A stretch of DNA of 61,954 nucleotides, filler included, from Choristocarpus tenellus KU-1152 (Eukaryota > Protista > Phaeophyceae), in assembly GCA_964200185.2 (NCBI GenBank). It is 12 parts of 12 records of this genome, joined end to end, with 100 filler letters (N's around TTAATTAATTAA, not from the genome) between each part and the next. Parts side by side here need not be neighbours in the genome. Positions count along the whole stretch, not along the records: positions 49,099 to 52,669 come from CAXNAD020019190.1; positions 52,770 to 61,954 come from CAXNAD020003899.1; 10 more parts are not named here. The stretch is one strand, 5' to 3'. A program made the position numbers and the translations under genes. Of the stretch, positions 51,504-61,954 are shown piece after piece (the first letter of the stretch is position 1; each line of letters starts with the position of its first letter). The notes beneath the pieces were generated by a model. The model was given only the letters and a program-made list of their open reading frames with translations. It was not told the origin of the DNA and searched no databases.

Positions 51504-52283
51504 CTATGGATTTAGAGCACGGGAGGACCAGACCCCCGTTTTTGGTCCCACTCCTTCATCGCTGTATCCCCCCTGCCCTTCCTCTAAGGTGTGCAAGCAT
51601 CTCCGGTGTGTACCATCGAGCACAAGGTGGTCAACACTAGATGGCCAGAGGAGTACAAGGCAAAAGTCATCTACCGGGTTCTCCAATGACGTGACACTAC
51701 CTCCTTTCCCCTCCTTCCTTTCTTCGCACGCAATGTCTGCTTCCTCTAATGTCAATCCTGGGATCAGGGAAGACGCAAAGGAGGCTTGGGAGGAAGGGCT
51801 GATATGTGTCCACTGGTCTCTCCTCAGATTCACCAACGTATTGTCGACCTCCCCGGCATGTACCACCTGTAAAGATCCTCCAATTCGGAACTGCTCACGA
51901 GTGCCACGGAGGTACCAGCACAACTCTGCTCTGGGATCAGCGGCAATCTCCGCAACCTTACTGCTACGACGATCAGTAATGAACTTCACTGCACCCATTT
52001 CATTCCAGAACCCTCGAAACACAACTGTGCGACAGGATACTCCACCACCTATCGCAGAGGTGGCGATCTGGACGTATCTTGCTGTTGGATCGCCTTCGTG
52101 CCTCTTCAGACTCTCCCGGATCGTATCTATCCACGGGCCTCCTCTTCGAACCTCGGCAGTTGTCATCGCTGTTGAACGACCTCGAGATGGCGAACACCGT
52201 GCCTGCATTGACGAAAGATATCCCAGAGACAAATTAGTGGGAGACCCAGAAACAAGGCATAAGGTGACAAGGCGTCCAATCAT
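51504..52283 (-). CDS. pyridoxamine 5'-phosphate oxidase-like FMN-binding protein (Alr4036 family)
   Basis: Intact single-exon ORF: PW..RYVQIAT..CRTVVFRGF..FITDRRSSKV.EI..AELCWY..TREQFRI.G..F.LVLL.P..VDHL.L..W....LNP; first ATG at 52283; hydrophobic then S/R-rich N-terminus. Confidence 0.93.
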   Translation of the reverse strand: MIGRLVTLCLVSGSPTNLSLGYLSSMQARCSPSRGRSTAMTTAEVRRGGPWIDTIRESLKRHEGDPTARYVQIATSAIGGGVSCRTVVFRGFWNEMGAVKFITDRRSSKVAEIAADPRAELCWYLRGTREQFRIGGSLQVVHAGEVDNTLVNLRRDQWTHISPSSQASFASSLIPGLTLEEADIACEERKEGKGGSVTSLENPVDDFCLVLLWPSSVDHLVLDGTHRRCLHTLEEGQGGYSDEGVGPKTGVWSSRALNP

Positions 52284-52669
52284 CACCTTCGCGTTAAGTT
52301 CGGTGGAGGACACACAGGGTTGAGATGGGAAATTGGGCTAACACTGGAGAAATTTCAAGTCACTACACACTTGTCATTATTGAACCGCCTGATCATATAG
52401 TTATGAACTCCTCCTCCACGAATAAGTGTTCTGTCCCTCCACAAACAAGCGAGAACAAGGAATGTAGTCAACTATCCCATCCACCCACACCCTGATAGTA
52501 GAAAGCCCAGATCAAGACCCGTCAAAAAAAGCAGGTGCTTGGTCTGGAAACTCTGGTTGAACGCCCTTCAAGTAGTCATGTAATCAGTCTCTAGCTCCCA
52601 AACCTTAACATAAAAACAGGAACTAACAGAGGATTTTCAAAATTGGGGATGGAGCGGGACTACGAGGAT

Positions 52670-52769
52670 NNNNNNNNNNNNNNNNNNNNNNNNNNNNNNN
52701 NNNNNNNNNNNNNTTAATTAATTAANNNNNNNNNNNNNNNNNNNNNNNNNNNNNNNNNNNNNNNNNNNN
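52670..52769. other. artificial contig spacer
   Basis: N44-TTAATTAATTAA-N44. Confidence 0.98.
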
Positions 52770-52828
52770 GACATGAAAAAATAGACCCAAAATGGACAGC
52801 TGCTACCCCCTCCCAGATACTTTGAGCC
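52770..52828 (+). mobile_element. MITE family A (partial)
   Basis: CAAAATGGACAGC..CCCAGATACTTTGAGCC. Confidence 0.85.
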
Positions 52829-53289
52829 ACAACTTAAAACATAAGAAGTACTACTATGTAGTGTAGAATAACATTTGTTTTTATTTTTTCCTACGTTAAT
52901 TTCGTCACTATCCTGACCAGTGAGTGGTCAGAGGTACCACAAATTGCACTAATTCTTATACTATCTTCTGATTTATCTGATTCACTACAACCAATTGTAC
53001 TGCCCCCATCCCTATCTTGCTTCTCACGTATTGGGCTCAACACACTCACAACTGCTCGTCGCTCCGTTCTTACCTTGAGTTACCCCGTTCTCCTCTCTCA
53101 AGTCTTGTTGTCTCAGACACGTCATCTTAGTCTTGGTCCAGTATTTTCTTGTCATGGCGACAGACAGGATGATAATACAGGTGTATACATTTTCTTATCT
53201 ACAACAAATGAGAGGTAAAGAGAGGACAACTTTGGGTTTACTCATCGGTCTGTTTTTCCCTTGAGTATCCACCATCTTGATCTTGGTCA

Positions 53290-53420
53290 AGCATATTGTG
53301 TAGAATATCAACATTGGCAGGATATTTATTACATGTAATCGATCCGTTGTGTCCCGTATTGAGTTGGGTGATGAAAAATGGGTTTGCAAGAAAGAATCTT
53401 GGCATCGAAGGGGTTCGAAC
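53290..53420 (-). pseudogene. possible Ulp1/C48-like fragment
   Basis: RFFLANPFFITQL..NKY..NVDI resembles the Ulp1 NxFFxTxL..VDI segment. Confidence 0.3.
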
Positions 53421-55868
53421 AAACGAAACGTATGTGTGGGTAACATGTACAACACACACAATACTACATTTTATCCGCACTTCAGTTTCAAGATTATTGT
53501 TTCAATTCAATTTTGAAAGAAGACAGGTGAACTGAACAACCAATAGAATATTATTTGTTTGTTCTATATATCCTATATTAGTATAATGCCCTCAACGATA
53601 CAAATTTATAATGTACTCGCACTGTCACCACTAGAAATAATGCCTTTCCATCACGGAATATTCCTCCTGCAAGAATCAATGTTGGGGGAATGAGTAATTC
53701 AATTAAATAGTATGCAATAGTTTCAATTTTACTACCCCCCATAGTTTTACAAGCCCATTGAATAATCATATAAAAACGTCAACACTATTATTAGTTGTAC
53801 ATAGTTAAGTCAGGAATGTGGAAGTAAATTTGTTGGAGGAATAATAATGGTTCCCCTCCTCAATCTTGCGAAATTGAAGTTAATTACCGCACCGAAGAAC
53901 CTCACCAAAACGATGCCCACCCCATGCTGCACATTGCAATACGAACATTCAGAAAACCTCACAACTTTGCTCCCTCACATACTCTTCGGTCGGGCTTTAC
54001 TTTTGCGGGAACAACGAACCATAACAGAGGAGAAAAGTCGACTTCACCTATTCTAAAGACCGTTTTGGTCGTCGTCTCACTTCTACTGGGAGTTGGCTGC
54101 GCCAGTGTCGTCGAAGAATCGAACTTGTAGACCAGAGTGCAGCGCGGACTTCAGATGTGTGGCTCCATGTGCAAAACGAAGAGTGAGAAGAAGAAGGATG
54201 GGATGAAGAAGAAGAAAATAAACTTATGTGACCAAAGGTGTGTACACCAATGCAGGATGATCCACTCCTTGGCGATGGCTGTGGGAAGAAGGGCATAACA
54301 AACTGCCTTAAGTACTATTTCAAGTGGTCTAAGCTCAAGAAACTTGCCAGCAACGGAAAGCATTTCCCACTTTACCGGACTACAGAGACCATCAACAGAA
54401 GCAAACCCTACACCTGCCTTCTCCTGGACTGAGAGGAGAAGAGTCATGAGCTCCTTGGCGGCCAGGTATGATCTGTTTGGGGGTAGTCTGATTGTTGTCA
54501 TTTCTCCTTGCATTCGAGGAATCGGCAACTGCCTTCTCCATTGCCCTGCCCGTCACTGTACAGGGCTAGGAACGTATGCACGATGTTAAGACATGTGGCC
54601 CGAGATACTCTTCATCGATTAGGCCACCCCGCTCGCTTACGGCCATGCTACTTACTACTCCTTGTTCGTTCGTGTATCATAGTTCTCCATTTTTTTCCCC
54701 TGTGGTTCTCTTCCTCAGACGAACTATGAACAGCCTTATGGTTGGATATCAGTGTTGTATGGTCGCTGTGGAAAGTTCTCTCGGTTCGACTGGACGTTGT
54801 GCCCATGTGCCGTACTTGTTTCATATAGTTGATCGAGTTTTCTGACACCCAACACGCATTTCATAACTTTTCCCCTAGGACTGATCACTGGTACTGTACG
54901 AAGCTTCCTGGATACGTGCTTCCACTATTTCAATCTTCGGTTGGGTCCAAGTGTCTGCGCTGCTATAAATTTCGTTTTGACAAGAGTAGGGTAATGAGTA
55001 CTGAGGACTTGATAGCCGCTTTTATTGCATCTTTGTACGCGTTACATAATTGGTGTTTGCTTCTTCAGAGGTTGTTTATGTTACAGGTTTACATCTAAAG
55101 ATAGAAATATAGCAGCACAATATGTGCTTTGCTGCAGGCGTCAAGGTTACCTTGTAAGATGCTGTCACTGTATCGGCACACAGACAGGCAGTTTGGAAAA
55201 TGAATTCGCTGTGGCAAGGAGAGACGAAGTTGTGTGTGATTTTCCTTTCTGTTTTCCAACTTGTTTGTTGGTGCTGGCGAACTGCAGGTGGTGGTGATCC
55301 GTAATCGTAATTGGGCTTCAAAAAAGTAGTAGCTACCCGTGCAGCCCAAGCGTAGGTCCATGTGGAGGTGTACTCGTAGAAGTTTTACCTGCTGAGGCAC
55401 TTCATGTGGCGTGGTTGAAGCAACAAGTACGTCCTACATTGTGGACCTTCTATTAATTGTACATATATTCGTACAACAAACCACACAGGATTTTTTTACT
55501 GATGCAATGGCGCTCAAACATTTGGCAAGTATTGCCATGGAGGAAAATCAACATACAACATTCTTCCTCAGATTCTTAGTCAGTAAGGGCAATGCCAGAA
55601 AATAGCAGAAAAAAGTGTGTGGAGGAAACAACATTATCACAAAGGCAATGTAAGTCTAGCATGCATCCACCCAGAAAGTGTTAGATACCTAAATGACAAG
55701 AAGGGTTGTTATAGGTGCAACATCAAGTATTTATGGAAGTACTGGAGTCCAATCAAAACAACATGATACATATTTTGAAAATTGAAATGTGTGGCAACCA
55801 AGTCCAACCAACCACAGAAACAAGTCTTGAAATTTCTTGGAAAAAAATCTGCTGGATCATAGACTCCT

Positions 55869-56039
55869 GGCTCAAAGTATATGGGGGGGGGAGGGGGCTA
55901 CAGCAGGGTGTCCATTTGGCCCCTGACCAGGAAGAGTCCACTTGCATTATCCGACACATGGAACCAATTCACCCTAACACTGCGACATGGAAAATGGACC
56001 CCAAATGGACAGCCGCCACCCCCTCAGATACTTTGAGCC
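55869..56039 (+). mobile_element. MITE family A (complete)
   Basis: GGCTCAAAGTATATG(n)...CTCAGATACTTTGAGCC. Confidence 0.9.
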
Positions 56040-57935
56040 TTCTTGTTGTGCATACGTTGGGTAAAGGGGAAAAAGACATGATCAAACAACAGTATTATTA
56101 TAGGGAGATTATTTTCTGCGCAAGTATTGATTAATGCATCAAATGTCGCTTGCACGTATGCCTAGGTATAATTGCAGTCATAACAACATTATTCCAATCA
56201 TTTGGCACGAATTGGTGTGTTCCACAACCAGCTCAGTTGTATGACCTCACTCAGTCGTAAATGTATATATATATATATATATATATGTTTTCCTCCTCAT
56301 GTCAGTGTTTAGTAGTTAATGAAAACCAAAAAACACTCACAAGGAGCAGGAAATAATAATATTATTATTCTGGAGCATATGTTGTTAACTTTTTTCTCCA
56401 GTTTCTATAAAATCGATTTTTTGGGGATGACCAAAAAGCTTTCACATTTCTTCAAGGACTGCAGCTGGTTGTATTCAGATTGCACTGCACACTTGAACTT
56501 GACCCTAACAGAGGGCAACGACACCCTTGTGACCACTCCAATCAGTTCTACCTACCCGGTTCATGTGCAAAGACACAGATTGGCCGGACGTTCACAATGC
56601 TACAAAAAATCACATCACATTTTTTTTTCCTTTTCCCTATATTTGTATAGTGTTCCCTTGATACGCAAGATTCTGACACAAAGATTAGAAACAGTGATTA
56701 AACAAGAAGAGAAGATCTCAATTTGAATCTTCAGTCCAATATGTTGTATATCAAAGTAATTGCGCCCATGATATTGAATGCTCCTGTATTGTGAATCTGG
56801 TCGCCTAGTTGAATGATATGAAAAGGTTCGGAAGATGCCGAGTTATTGTCACCCTTTAGGCTGCTCCTAACACATGATCGAACAATCCTCCAGGTACACC
56901 TTATTATTATTCTATGATGAGTCAATGTGACGTATTTCTTTCTGGATCTGACTCAACAGAACTTGGACGATATGGCACATCAATGTTACTTTTTATTTGT
57001 ACCACTGGCTCAATAAAACCTTGCATGAAACTGCACCTAGTGTATGCTTGTACCAGCACTAATAGCAACACAGTGTACTGCGACACCTTCCCCTTGCTTT
57101 TGCTGTGAATTAACAGCCACTGCCAGGCACATGGGAACCATCCCTCCTTGTCAGGTGAACCACTCACTCAATTTAAAAGGAAGTCATTGCCCATTCCTTC
57201 CGTATGTTTCTGTCATTCATTGGCCGATCGATTTATCCACTTTTGGAGTGTGTGGTTGAGGTACCCTCTCTGCTTCTCTGTGAAACCACCCCAACACACC
57301 TCAACCTATTTCCCAAACATTTATAAAAGGGATGTTGACCCACCGTTTTTTACATCAATTGCTTGCCTGACCTATACCTCCTCCACTTGGAGTGAGAAAA
57401 GAGGTTGAAGAAATGGTGGACGCTAGTTGAAACTGAATTCATTGTGACCTTCATATGTTCATTAGGAGAAAAAAAAAACTTACGTCTTTAGTCCCATATC
57501 TCTCAATCAGTGTTGTGTGGAAGCAGAACTGGAGCTACATTTTATGGTTTGCATAGATTAGGATATGTGGTGACTCTTAAACAAGTGTGCTTACTGTCAA
57601 TTATCTGATGATCATTACATGTGCATTCGCCCATGTCCAATCCTCTATGGCGACTCTGCACTCCCCACTATACTGTGGAACGGGCCAAAAGTTCTGGTCA
57701 GGAGGATACCATATATGCCTTCTTAGCCCTGGTGATGTAACACTCTCCTACTCTTTCAGGATATATGAGAGACTTATCACCTACAAGATGAAGTTAACCT
57801 TACACTTCCAGCGCTGAGTCCCGATCTCTCTTGTCAAAAAGGGATACAAGCACTCAAGACACCATATCAATTTGGGCGTTGTTGTTTGGCTGAGCACCTC
57901 CATCAGCAAGATATTCCTGTAGAACAGAAAATGCT

Positions 57936-58217
57936 GACCCATAGTATCTTAGAGAGGATGTCAGGCGTCCATTCGGGGCCTGTGTGAGCCTGTAATGATT
58001 TTAGTGTCATCTCAGAGAGCTTGTCACATTTAAGAGCATTTTCCTTCGTCACAATTTAATGCACCTTCCCTTTCAATCCCCCTCCCAGAACCAAATCGGA
58101 AGGAAAATCAATCGCAAAACGGGCGTCATATTGGGTTATCTTACAACACCCCATCAAGCCCTGATTGGACAACCTGACCTAAGCAACCCCCCCCCCCCCT
58201 CTGAGATACTGTAGGTC
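57936..58217 (+). mobile_element. MITE family D
   Basis: GACCCATAGTATCTTAGAG...CTCTGAGATACTGTAGGTC; flanks TGCT/TGCT. Confidence 0.85.
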
Positions 58218-58589
58218 TGCTAATTATTCCACCTCAATACAATTATACGAGTAAGAACAATGGGGAGGCGACTATTGACACCAGCATGGACCTCACAAGT
58301 ATCTACCTCTTTTAGAAAAATAAAAGTTCCCACCGATGAAGGATCTGCTTGATGTATCACATTCAGGAGTTAACAGTGGGCATCACTAGGGTCAGCAGTG
58401 CTCTCAACTACGGCAACTACCACACCGGAGGCAAATTCCGCAGTGAAATCTAGAGACACTTGCGATAGAGGGGCGTGGGATTAGAGAGAGTGTGAAGGTT
58501 CCAAGGAAAGAAAATGGCTCACGATATCCAAGGACGAGTTTCGCTTTCAGCAGTCATAGAACAAGCAAAAATCAAGATGAAATTGATGA

Positions 58590-58851
58590 CAATGAAAGTA
58601 TCTTAGAGGGTACGAGTTTTGCCCTGTTTGTCCATTTGGGGCTTGGCTTCCCATGGTTTATTTCTTACGACATTTTCCTACTCCAAAATGTTTCGGAGTA
58701 GGTAAAATGTATACATTATGAAAAGGTGTGCCCGAGACAAGGATAACTAACACTTCCTAACAAACACGATAGCCAAAATTACATCAAAATCGCAACATTG
58801 GATTTTAGCCCCCAAATGGACGCGGCCCTACCCTCTATGATCCTTTGCCTC
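58590..58851 (+). mobile_element. MITE family B (complete)
   Basis: Full-length homologue of 44540-44797. Confidence 0.92.
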
Positions 58852-60918
58852 AGAATTCAATGCCCCCTCACGCTTGAGCGGTGATGCATTTCCCGAGGTT
58901 CTTGACCCAGGTTACGTGACCTACGAAAAAAATAGTCATGATGACAACGTTACACTCACTACTGCTAAATGTGATAAAAGGAATGAAAACCTGAATGTAA
59001 TTCACCGACTCTTATTTCACCGGGGTAGTTCCTCAGGATGGTGGGACCTGATGATGATGGCATGTGCTCTAGAACACCTTCATTTCAATACACCCCCAAA
59101 TTCAGTGGCCATTTTACTAGTTAGAGACCCATTGAGTCAGAGTAAAAAAGAGGCAAGCAGGGTATAGCCATTTTGAGGATGCTGACAAACATGTGCAAAT
59201 TTCGACATTTTTTGTACAAACGCGTACATAGGAATTTCCAGAAACCCTGTCCAGAAATGTTCAAACTACCTAAAGAGAAACCAACGCTCTCAAGTCAATC
59301 TGACCACTTCATCCACAGAAAAAAAGGGTTGACCTACAAGAAGAGACGAAAAAAGTGGTATAAAATGCAAAATGGGCAAAATCCTTACTACCTCCTCTCG
59401 GTTACTTTGGCTTAACAACATTGCGTTCATGATGAACTGAGCAAGACCTAACCCGACGAGTAGTCACGTAGATACCCCGCAGTGTCGAAATCCAAGGGGT
59501 TGGATCAGACGAAATCTTTCTTGACCGGACGTACGTACGTAGACCATGCGACAAAAGCATGAATTTGGCATGTAACCACAAGGTCTGTGCCTCATGGTGA
59601 CATGCAGCGCGTCTAATCTGCATGCTGAAGATATTTTGGAATAAGGAAAGAGGGAGAGTCGCCTGTCCGGGCATGTGAAGGTGGTGGTGGTAGTAGGTGG
59701 TAGTAGGTGGTGGGCTACTTGATACACACACAGACTGGCATTGAAACCATCTCTCCGCCCTGAGAAGCTGTAAGCGATGGAGCGATTTTCGGAACTGCGG
59801 TCGTCCACAAAAGAGGACGCAACAGTGGTTGGAGCACAGGCCTGTTGTGGCCAGAAATTTGTGTTCAACGCACATAAGAGAGATGGAAAGTATCGCATTT
59901 AGCACCAGCTTAGGCTCACTGACTCCCAAAATCACAGGAAGAAGGGGAAGAAGGGAGAAAATTGGGTAGTTGGTAGCAATCTCCGCAGGGACGTAAGGTG
60001 GTGGAGATGGGCAATCTCTTAAGGACTACTAGAAGGGGGGGAGGTTCGCTCAGTGGACCATTCTGTGGTCATAGAGATGTAAACACCCTTTCTATTCAAG
60101 GCATATTGCATCTCTATGGCTGTAGGGGGATACTGCACGAAAACTCAAGTGTGTTGTCAGTTCGAACTCCTGTAGGGAACCGTAAACGAAGCTGGCGAGG
60201 GGGGGGAAATGCAAGCAACAACAGGGGGGGAAATGAAGTTATTGATGACTTTTGGGAATGGTATTAACTACACACGGGCAACGATCAACAGAGTAAACAA
60301 CCACCGCAGTTAAACACTTAAAATAAAACAAAAAACGGAATTGGATAGAGAGATGGAAGAAGTTGAGAGCTTAGCAGAGTCGTGGACGCACAGATGTGGT
60401 GGACCCACTGAAACAGGGGCAGGAGCCCTAATGCGGTTTCTGAGGGTCTTGAGGTCAGTAGGGGGGTAGTGTTTTCAGGAGTAACATATTAAAGTTAATG
60501 TCAGTGTACACCCAAAAGGGATATCAGGTGGGCCAGGGACACCAACGAATCTAACCTCCAATACCTTGTCCCCAACACAACATGGTAGGAGCAACCACCG
60601 AATGCAGAAGGCAGAGAACAGATTTTCAGACCTCTTGACCTCTTGATCCTTCTCAGGTTATTGGACAAGTAACTTAGGTGGGGTGTATTCAGTCAAAGGG
60701 CTAGATTTTCGACCCATGACCGGAAAATTCCACCAATCGTTAGAAGATGGTGGGAGGGGGAGGGAGGGGGAGGGGGCAGAAAGAGCGGTTGATGACTAAA
60801 CAAAGCGTACCTCATATTTCGCATTCTTGAAGGGGCAGCGCCATCTACGGGGGGGAAAAAAACCGGAAAATATATATTAAAAAAATATATATATATATAT
60901 TACCACAACATATGTTTG

Positions 60919-61138
60919 TTAGGTGGAGTTACCGACTCTATCCGCATCCCTGATATCAACTCTAAGCTCCTTGAGGAGACTGCGAACGCAGGTGGCACTC
61001 ACTCCCCACCTAGACCCGCTGTCACTACCAAGCATTTTGTTCATCATGTTGTGGGGGTCCTTGGCACCCCCATGAATCAGCACATCCTTCCAAAAACGTT
61101 CTCCTGCCTCGGGATTAAGCGGATCCCCTTCAAAGTGC
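60919..61138 (-). CDS. terminal exon of a peptidase M3A (mitochondrial intermediate peptidase-like)
   Basis: TAG acceptor then HFEGDPLNPEAGERFWKDVLIHGGAKDPHNMMNKMLG..SLLKEL, the M3A C-terminal signature; upstream exons not identified. Confidence 0.82.
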
Positions 61139-61177
61139 CTATGTGTGTGATGACGTCGGGGACAAGGAATATGGCAA

Positions 61178-61178
<1 letters not shown>

Positions 61179-61236
<58 letters not shown>
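61179..61236. repeat. poly-G run
   Basis: Direct reading; length may be a sequencing artefact. Confidence 0.85.
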
Positions 61237-61237
<1 letters not shown>

Positions 61238-61678
61238 GATGGAGGGGAGAGAGGAGGAGGGGTGCACAAGCAGAGAGCGTGGCGGTCATGCATGCCATAC
61301 ATAGAGGCAGATACATTCTATTTTTCAGTTCTGTATTCAGTTGTGGGTGGGGCTGGAGGGTGGAAGGGTAGTGAGGACGAGGGGCATCGAACGAGACAAG
61401 GAGCATAGGACTCACCTAAATACCGTAAGAGTGTGCAATGTATGCTGAGAGCAAAACTACAGATGACGGGGTTGAATTGATTGAGTAACACGCATTGATT
61501 CAACTACTCTTAGACTGCCAATGGCCGTCCCATGGTCAGATGTCACTGTCACTGTGATATTACTCTCTTTGTCACTGTGATATTACTCTTAGATAGATGT
61601 AACAAAGAGAGGAGAGCAAGAGAATAACAACTAAACAAAAAGACTTCAAAATCAAAATCAGGAAATACGGAAATACGG

Positions 61679-61683
61679 AAAAC

Positions 61684-61714
<31 letters not shown>

Positions 61715-61715
61715 C
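61679..61715. repeat. (AAAAC)n
   Basis: Direct reading. Confidence 0.9.
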
Positions 61716-61954
61716 TACAGCAGTATGACCTTTGCACTCGAAACGTTCTCTGAATGGAAAAGTAGTACACTGACGTAAAGACCGGAAACTGAGGTACATT
61801 GAGGTGGCGGTTTCATCCGAGGTGTTATTCGAAGAAAAAGAAGACCACACTCTCCTGGACTAGAACCTTCGGCTTGTTCTCGGGAACAGAGTGAGTGCGT
61901 GCGTGCGTATGTAGGGGGGGGGGGGAGGGGGGCACCTTAGATATGCCAAAGAAC

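Noticed and set aside
51499-52323. 274-aa plus-strand ORF
   Set aside because: Antisense shadow of the PNPOx-like gene with no motifs of its own.
5940-52769. Eleven identical TTAATTAATTAA motifs as a biological repeat or CRISPR-like array
   Set aside because: Each is centred in an N-padded spacer of exactly 100 bp; this is a concatenation linker, so adjacency across spacers has no meaning.
4575-58701. Recurring peptides ESILEGTSFALFVHLGLGFP, YPLRYFDS and LHQGVHL as a protein repeat family
   Set aside because: They are translations of MITE-A and MITE-B TIR sequence, found in varying frames and contexts.
59715-59840. Additional M3 peptidase exon
   Set aside because: The 61138 exon reads through to a typical SLLKEL terminus and stop at 60919; the frame here is ambiguous.
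60362-60440. tRNA or SINE-like A-box (also a lone B-box at 8376)
   Set aside because: No paired box and no cloverleaf.
61179-61236. Poly-Pro or poly-Gly coding tract
   Set aside because: It lies upstream of the exon acceptor (intronic) and is a homopolymer prone to artefact.

Overview
Not a contiguous locus. The window is 12 unrelated short contigs of an intron-rich, repeat-rich eukaryote, joined by artificial 100-bp spacers (N44-TTAATTAATTAA-N44). The organism is probably a photosynthetic stramenopile; this is an inference from a bipartite plastid-type presequence, TTAGGG motifs and an oomycete/plant-type mariner. Host genes or fragments: the 3' exons of meiotic MSH5, a spliced cytochrome-b5 heme/steroid-binding (MAPR/neuferricin-like) gene, an intronless PNPOx-like FMN-binding gene, the last exon of an M3 (MIP-like) peptidase, and two orphan exons. 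The rest is transposon landscape: Ty1/copia remnants, a DD39D-type mariner pseudogene, and about 27 copies or ends of five MITE families. Four of these share the terminus G(A/G)NNCAAAGTA; the fifth is a diverged relative. The most interesting pattern links these elements. (i) A long element with a ~130-bp subterminal repeat array and a gene of unrecognised family looks like the parent of MITE-A. (ii) All three copies of one half-tRNA-primed copia LTR sit inside members of this TIR clan. (iii) The centre of MITE-B resembles the copia LTR-end/PBS junction and holds all three insertions seen in MITE-B. No CRISPR, rRNA or tRNA genes were seen.
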